From NCBI GenBank assembly GCA_027494055.1, contig JAOSJO010000023.1, positions 377,919-441,918 on the forward strand: 64,000 nucleotides of DNA. Direction: 5' to 3'. Source of the DNA: Anaerolineae bacterium (GTDB lineage Bacteria; Chloroflexota; Anaerolineae; Aggregatilineales; JAFGMM01). Shown here in pieces: positions 62,829 to 64,000 of the stretch. Under the pieces are notes generated by a model, which was not told the origin of the DNA, ran no database searches, and saw only the letters and a list, made by a program, of their open reading frames with translations. Within the stretch, counting starts at the first letter, position 1. Each line of letters begins with the position of its first letter. The translations under genes were made by a program, and so were the position numbers.

Positions 62829-62866
62829 GCACCGGGCGTTCGAAGCGCCCGGTGCGCTCTTTTTTT
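62829..62866 (+). terminator. Rho-independent terminator
   Basis: gcaccgggcg (62829-62838) pairs with cgcccggtgc (62846-62855) across a 7-nt loop, followed by gctcttttttt. Confidence 0.85.
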
Positions 62867-62968
62867 GCGTGAGGCCGATGCGGTTGCACAACGCAATAGC
62901 GTGGTCGCTCCTTTCGGTGCTCTTCTGCCGCTACATGTAATCCCATGTTCTGCATCTAGACCACGCGA

Positions 62969-64000
62969 TTATGCAGAACTACCGCCAATGCGGCTTCCCT
63001 GAAGCATCGCGGCATTGGGCGCGCAGCGGGCGCATCTCTGGATGTGGGGCGAGGTCAGGGGGTTGATCCAGTTGACCTGAACGGTGTACTGCAACTGAAA
63101 ACAGCCATTTGGGCAGCCTGTGGTCGGGCCGCTCGTGATGCTCTGCGCGCCTCCCTGGCTACCCCAGGCATCGGCGCTTGAGTGCACCCGCGACGCCGTG
63201 CCCATCGACGTGATGGGCGAACTGCCATAGTAGTCCTCGGCCTGCGTGCCGTTCACGCTGATGATGAGGTTCTGCCCCTCGGTGAGGAGCACGGTGAAGG
63301 ACTGCGCCACAGGCGTCGGAACGCCGAGGTCGACGCCGGTCGCTTCGCTGGTCGGCCAGCGACCCAGCTTCTGGTCCACGGGCTGGCCGGCGACGGTGCG
63401 CGCCTCGACGCGGAAGTCGAGCCACATGTACCCCTGGCCTTCGCTGACGAGCGAGGCGTCGGGGAACTGCTGCACGAAAAGCTGGTTAAACGTCACCTGC
63501 ACGTTCGCCGAGCGCGGCGCGAGCGTGGCGGTGGGCGTCGGGCTGGGCGTCCACGTGGGCGAGATCGGCGGCGGCGCGACTGTCAGGGTAAGGGGTGGGC
63601 GTCGCCGGGGTCTGGCTCGCGAGCGAAGGGTTGAACGGGTCGAGCGGGTCAGGGTCCACGTTGTCCGGGAGGCCGTCGCCGTCGGTGTCCGGGTTCTTGG
63701 GGTTGGTGCCCAGCTCCACCTCCCTGCCGTCGGTCAGGTTGTCGTCGTCCGTGTCCATGTCGAGCGGGTCGGTGTTGAGCGAGTTCACCTCCTGGCCGTC
63801 GGTGAGCGTGTCGCCGTCGGTGTCCGGGTTCTGCGGATTGGTGTTCAGTTCGGCCTCGCGCACGTTCGAGAGGCCGTCGCGGTCGTCGTCGCCCAGGGCG
63901 ATGGCCGTCATCGCGGCGTTTGTCGCCGTGGCGTCCACGTCGGCGAACTGCGTGAGTTCGACGTTGACGCGCGCTTCCTCGGTAAACAGCGTGTTCTGCG
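62969..64000 (-). CDS. secreted protein with thrombospondin-type-3-like calcium-binding repeats, a Pro/Thr linker and an unassigned C-terminal domain. The 5' end lies outside the window and there is one frameshift as assembled.
   Basis: ORF 63486..63938 has repeated DTDGD/DxDxD motifs (NPQNPDTDGDTLTDGQE, NPKNPDTDGDGLPDNVDPDP). After the G4 run 63592-63595 the sequence continues as ...LTLTVAPPPISPTWTPSPTPTATLAPRSANVQVTFNQLFV... into ORF 62969..63502. Confidence 0.8.

Overview
GC-rich bacterial chromosomal segment that is densely coding. I count about 53 protein genes. I found no rRNA, tRNA, CRISPR array, transposase or integrase. All family calls rest on motifs I recognise by eye; no database search was run.

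Content:
- Four carbohydrate-type ABC uptake loci with their regulators (LacI, AraC, SorC, LacI), flanked by glycosidases (DUF6259-like, GH20, GH2 lacZ, DUF2961/GH172) and by amino-sugar or deglycase-type enzymes.
- Housekeeping genes: rluB-cmk-plsC, alaS, fetAB.
- A CPA2 antiporter with a translationally coupled PII-like protein.
- Several uncharacterised secreted or multidomain proteins.

Four things stand out:
1. 23 of the 53 genes have broken reading frames as assembled. More than 30 single-base indels lie outside the WD40 region, most of them in G/C homopolymers. This looks like assembly error rather than biology, so the ORF track fragments many genes.
2. A near-identical 920-bp in-frame tandem duplication sits inside the ribose-type solute-binding-protein gene. 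Its differences are almost all synonymous, which predicts a two-module binding protein.
3. A visibly lower-GC 2.9-kb WD40/SH3b gene is flanked by an exact 15-bp direct repeat, lies in front of alaS, and carries a dozen or more frame breaks.
4. There are clear regulatory architectures: consensus promoters, paired LacI operators, and a perfect GC hairpin after every solute-binding-protein gene.

I did not find a recognisable defence system, mobile element or RNA gene.
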